Assembly (NCBI GenBank): GCA_905178155.1
Contig: CAJINV010000026.1
Coordinates: 340,497-404,496, forward strand
Reading direction: 5' to 3'
DNA length: 64,000 bases
Source: Amoebophrya sp. A120
Taxonomy: Eukaryota > Protista > Dinoflagellata
The translations under genes were made by a program, and so were the position numbers. The notes beneath the pieces were generated by a model. The model was not told where the DNA came from. It made no database searches and worked only from the letters and a program-made list of their open reading frames with translations. Of this stretch, positions 59,546 to 64,000 are shown piece by piece (positions within the stretch are counted from its first letter, which is position 1; every line of letters begins with the position of its first letter).

Positions 59546-61764
59546 ACGTATCCTATACGGATTCAAAATCATATACACCCCATTTCCAACACGCATATAC
59601 GTGAGTCTGGTGATTCACCAGACTCACTGACACGGACCTTAACGTAGTTGATCTCATCGCAATTGAACGTTATCGGAGCAGGTAGTATTTTGAGAAGAGA
59701 ACTGTGCGACCCATGATAAGGATAATGTCCATCTTTCTCCTGCATGCTGCAACGGCGATTTCAAGAGTTCTTTGGGCTATTCATACATGGACTACAGGAT
59801 CAGGAACGATCATGATCATGTTGATGTTGCATTCGTAGCCGGAATAAACCGTGTTGCTCTTCTTCGAGCGGACGAAGCTGCCGTGGGAAGAGGAAGAACT
59901 GCAGTAGAGGCGCGTTTATGTCGCTCACAATGGATCATTATCACCTGCTCTTCGGACCAGCACAACTACTCCAAGCGCATTTTGATTGAACCGTCGAGAA
60001 GTAGTTGTTTTGGAATCCTCCTCAAGAAGCGGCCGATTCGCAGGTCCCGGTGTCTTCGCCCGTTGCGTATATAAATTTTTCGCAAAACTCCACCTCCTGC
60101 ATCAGCCTCGCCTACAACAGAGCCATTTTCTCATTTTTGTGAAAAGCTAGAAGAACTGACTCGTGGTCCGACAAGCTCGAAGACTTGCACTTCTACTCTA
60201 CTCCAGGCCTAACTACTAAGCGTCAACCACAAATTCAGCAACGCTGCGCTTGTTCCAACACAACATGTTCCAACAGAGAAAGAACTTGTTCTACACGCAA
60301 TTATCAAACAAGCAGAAGAACGGCACAACTACCCGTGGCTGACGCAAGGATGAACAGAGCGAGGATCATTTTCGTTGACGCAAGGAACAGGCTTTCACAT
60401 CGCAATCATTTTTGTTCACTGGTCGTTAGAAGCAGAGCAGCCGGCTGCAATTGTAGCCACGCTAGACGACCTAGCCTGCATAGTTAGCAGCTGCCGCTGT
60501 AGGCTAAGTATAGCGTAGCTGCAACGGCGGCTGGCTGCTGTCAGCACTGCAGACGAGACAGCTGCTGTTTGACTCAGCAGCTGTCTCGTCTGCATGGTTA
60601 TATTTTTTTTTGTCATCATAAGCTTTTGGTACAAGGGATAGAAATTCATTTTCACCTGCTGCTTCCGTGTTTCTTTTTCCTCCTCGATCGACTCTGTTGC
60701 CACAACACAATTGATCGACATAATTCCTTCTGTCGTGATACGGTGGCTATTGACTTGGTGACTTTCAAGTCCAAAACCCTCATCGACCACCTACGTGTAA
60801 TAGTGGATTATGATCGGGGATCAGAATTCGTAATGCTAATTTCGAATTATATCCTATTTGTTTGTAATGCTAATTTCGAATAGTAATTGACTAGTTTTGA
60901 GATGGACAAAAACCACAAATCTTCGTAGTTCGCGTTTCGTGTTTGTCAGCTTGTGATGCTAGTTCTGCCATGCTACGCACCTCCTCGCGACCTGGGCCAC
61001 AACCATTGTTGCGTACCACAGTCGTGGCATGACATGCTTTTTAGTTTTTTAATAGAGTCGTTACGTTCCTACTTTTCAATATCCTGTCCACATAACGGCA
61101 CAGAAATATTTTGGTTACACAGGTGAAACATTTTTCAAAATATCTTCCCACGATGAAAGGTTTTGTGAGACAGGATTTGATCGCCGTGGAATAAAAGGTT
61201 TCAATTTACTGTGGATCGTCATCGTCTATGAATTGTATGTTGGTAAATATAACCGGAATTTCTTCCCTATTGACTTCTGACAAACATCGACACTTCTGCT
61301 ATACTAGCTGGTCGTGAATGCACTAGATTTCCTACAGATACGATAGACTCCGAGTCGTCGTGAGACTTCCTCGACTTCCGAACCCGTGCTCTCCCGAAGT
61401 AGACTTACTCGAAAAGGAGAGAGGTTTCATGACTAAAGTGCATCTATTGAATGAGTTTGGACTATGAAATACGTGCTGGTAGGCCGCTTTATGATGACAG
61501 TCATCTTACGTTAAAAATAGAAAAACAAAACAAGTACAGAACTAAATGAGATGAAGTTTGTTCATGGAAATAAAGTAAAGTCACTCCTGGTAGGAGGCAT
61601 TCAGCTAGAATTTCAAATATTTGTACTTATTTCAGCAAAATACATAGTAGAAGAGAGAAACCTATTGTACAATTTTGGAGGAAGAACAGAAGAATAAAAG
61701 AAGACTAGGTAGAAGTACATTTTTCCGCAACTATACTACAGCGGTTAACGAAAGAAACTCTATT

Positions 61765-63564
61765 TTACTTCACCTCCTTCAAAAAGCGGAAGTAGAGTTT
61801 CTTGGCCAGCAGCCGGTGCTTCTTTGACTTCGCATACCAGGCGGCGTTATCAAATGTAAAAATGTCTGGGTCTGGAAAGTTGGAACTTGTGATGCTAACT
61901 TTGGACTCTAAAAAAATGTGTATTGCATGACCAGTCAGAGGAGCCACATTTGTGCTACGCGAGGAGGGCATTTGTCATGCGGAAATGGTATCAAGAAGAA
62001 GAACCTTTCCAAAAATCTGTGATGCTGGGTCATGCGTTACAAGCATCATGGGTCATGCCAGACAAGCATGACAAGCCTTCCATTCTTCCAGACCCAGACA
62101 TTTTTAAGTACATTTGATAGGCGTCGTGTCCGTGGTGACACTTCTGCTCCGGGTCCGCTCCGTAGTGCAGGATTAAGAAGTATCAAGTGCAAAAATGTCT
62201 GGGTCTGGAAGAGTGTAGACTTGTCATGCAGATTTTCCATGACCCATGAGGTCAGGAATGCGGGACTTAGCATGACAGACTCTGCAAGGCCAAGGTCTCT
62301 GCCATGCCTATTCTGCATGAGAAAGTCCGTTCCAACTTGGTCAAAAGTGGACAGCTTTTGGCATTCATGCGACACAGATTTTTGCATGCTTCAGATTTGT
62401 CATGACGAGTTACAATCTTCCAGACCCAGATATTTTTGCAATTCATAAGAAATGGCACAGGTCTTCCTTCCCCGTTTTCGCAGCGTAGTGCAAAACGGTC
62501 TGCCCGTTGTTGGGCCACTTGTTGTCCAGTGCCTTCCAGCCCTGGTTGTTGAGCATCTTGAAGCACTTCTTGTACTCCGCAGGCACCAATTCCTCCGCTT
62601 CGTACGGAGACATGATGTCACTCGCTTTGATTACTTTCTCCTGGCCGGCCACGTTAGAAGGCATGCCGGATTTCTCGTCCAGGAGGTCATTGCTGTTCGC
62701 GTCATCCTATGGACTGCAAAACAAGTATCGTACTCGTGGTAATTGCCGTCACGCATTACAAATTTTTTTCCCGCCAAGGTAAATAAATTAGCATGACAAA
62801 TTCAATCTATCATGCTGAGGAAATTTCTCATGTCTACTGGTACGATTACGATACTGTTGCGATGCATACATCCAACTTGCTCTGGGCCTGCGCCTTCTTG
62901 GCCGCTTCCAGCTTCTTGCGCAACTCCGGATTCTTATGGGGGTGTCAGGATCGAAATCGACAAAGGTGAAAAAATTTGCAATGCATAAAATCGATACCAA
63001 TTAGGCCCACAGTTTATAGTCGGCGCATGACAAAAGTTGTCCGTGCCGGAAGCCAGTTTGTCATGCTGTTTAGGACAAGGGGGCTCCCCTCTGTGATGCT
63101 AATCAGCAGCAAAAGTCGACCCTTACTGAGTAGCACTACTATCTGCCTCCCTTGCGTCCCCTGCAATAGAGGCAGTTTTTGCGTTGCATTTTATCCATGA
63201 CAAACTATTTCAACGTTGACGCTTTCGATTCTGACAGCCCCGTAATTCTTCTGCAGCTGGTACTTCCACTCCTTTGCGAAAGCCTGTTCGTTCTATGAGA
63301 GTGCACACCTCGCCCCCCCTCCCCCTCATTTGTATGGCATGAACAGCAATACAAGTGTCGGCAAGAGTGCAGGTTTTGCATCACAAACTCGCCCAGGATT
63401 GTAGTGCTTTTTGAGCTGCTGCCAGAATCTGTCATGCAAACAGTGCAAAGAAGCAAAGACCGGACTCGGCATTTGCATGACAAAGGAGGGGCCGAGGGAG
63501 TTGTGCAACCTCATACGTTCGCCGGATTCGAGAAATCGACTTCCTCCGCCGGAAAACTGACCAT
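61765..63564 (-). CDS. Ankyrin-repeat protein, 5 introner introns; 5' end uncertain
   Basis: Spliced ...NPAN|EQAFAKEWKYQLQKN|PELRKKLEAAKKAQAQSKLD|DANS...NNGQTVLHYAAKTGKEDLCHF|LILHYGADPEQKCHHGHDA|AWYAKSKKHRLLAKKLYFRFLKEVK* fits the ankyrin consensus GxTPLHxAAxxGxxxxVxxLLxxGAD. Confidence 0.85.
61848..63515. mobile_element. Five introners (61848-62119, 62181-62447, 62708-62868, 62935-63244, 63294-63515)
   Basis: Direct repeats ggcgt, agaag/agaaa, catcc, attct and cgttc; four different TIR families; all restore the frame. Confidence 0.92.
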
Positions 63565-63635
63565 CAGCCCCGGGATATCCAGAGGAAAAACGTCTTCACA
63601 CCAGAGTCAAGATGGGAACTCCGCATCGGTGCCGT

Positions 63636-64000
63636 AATTGCAAGCCACTTTTTGCCCGAGCGCGATAATTCGGCACCCTAATTCCGGGAACAAAATCACT
63701 TTTCCCAGGATCTAAAACTGCGCTTTTGGCTTTGCAATTCGGTACCTCAATTGCAAGCCACTTTTTGCCCGAGCGCGATAATTCGGTACACTAATTCCGG
63801 GAAAAAAATCATTTTTCGCAGGATCTAAAACTGCGCTTTTGGCTTTGCAATTCGGTACCTTAATTGCAAGCCACTTTTTGCCCGAGCGCGATAATTCGGC
63901 ACCCTAATTCCGGGAAAAAAATCATTTTTCCCAGGATCTAAAACTGCGCTTTTGGCTTTGCAATTCGGTACCTTAATTGCAAGCCACTTTTTGCCCGAGC
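63636..64000. repeat. Tandem satellite, 113-bp unit, >3 copies, runs off the window
   Basis: aattgcaagccactttttgcccgagc at 63636, 63749, 63862 and 63975. Confidence 0.95.

Noticed and set aside
57347-59630. Seven similar ~140-aa ORFs that look like a tandem gene family
   Set aside because: They overlap each other across the 308-bp unit (not a multiple of 3) and reflect the DNA repeat, not coding conservation
59700-60790. Minus-strand coding-like stretch (ORF 60416-60790 and fragments)
   Set aside because: Multiple stops and no recognisable motif; cannot support a gene call
2037-62566. Recurring peptides KMSGSGR, PDPDIFAF, FQTQTFLH, KNVWVWK and QKCLGLE in dozens of ORFs
   Set aside because: These are the six-frame translations of the family-1 introner TIR, not a protein motif
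1-64000. Genome-wide stop-codon reassignment
   Set aside because: Long exons are free of in-frame stops apart from one TGA, Trp is TGG, and genes end at TAA, TAG or TGA
1-64000. rRNA, tRNA or spliced-leader RNA genes
   Set aside because: None recognised by eye; tRNAscan-SE and Infernal were not run

Overview
Eukaryotic, intron-rich DNA. It most resembles a Syndiniales (Amoebophrya-like) parasitic dinoflagellate; this is inferred from the dense non-canonical 'introner' elements and the near-unidirectional (minus-strand) genes. About 40 short elements (150-370 bp) from several unrelated inverted-repeat families share TAT...ATA ends and mostly 5-bp direct repeats. Removing an element plus one repeat copy by hand restores reading frames: a Med31/Soh1-domain gene region (18 elements), an Mps1/TTK-like kinase and an ankyrin-repeat gene. 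One introner is split by a 3.9-kb 5'-truncated RLE-type non-LTR retrotransposon (7-bp TSD, (CTA)n tail), which itself carries an introner fragment. A roughly 26-kb introner-free island (25-51 kb) holds predicted secreted proteins. These include four copies of a conserved domain I cannot name ('SCEDL...GC..SD..FF..V..FFHE...RCR..A.E.LFQ...WSY..F.W.W'). Two copies are in signal-peptide plus F-box-like proteins. Two are tandem C-terminal copies fused, through a transmembrane helix and a mucin-like stalk, to the Mps1-like kinase. The window also has five tandem arrays (77, 201, 88, 308 and 113 bp), a 1.35-kb foldback element with TAA TSD and a second RLE retroelement remnant. All gene models and counts are manual; no RNA data or database searches were available.
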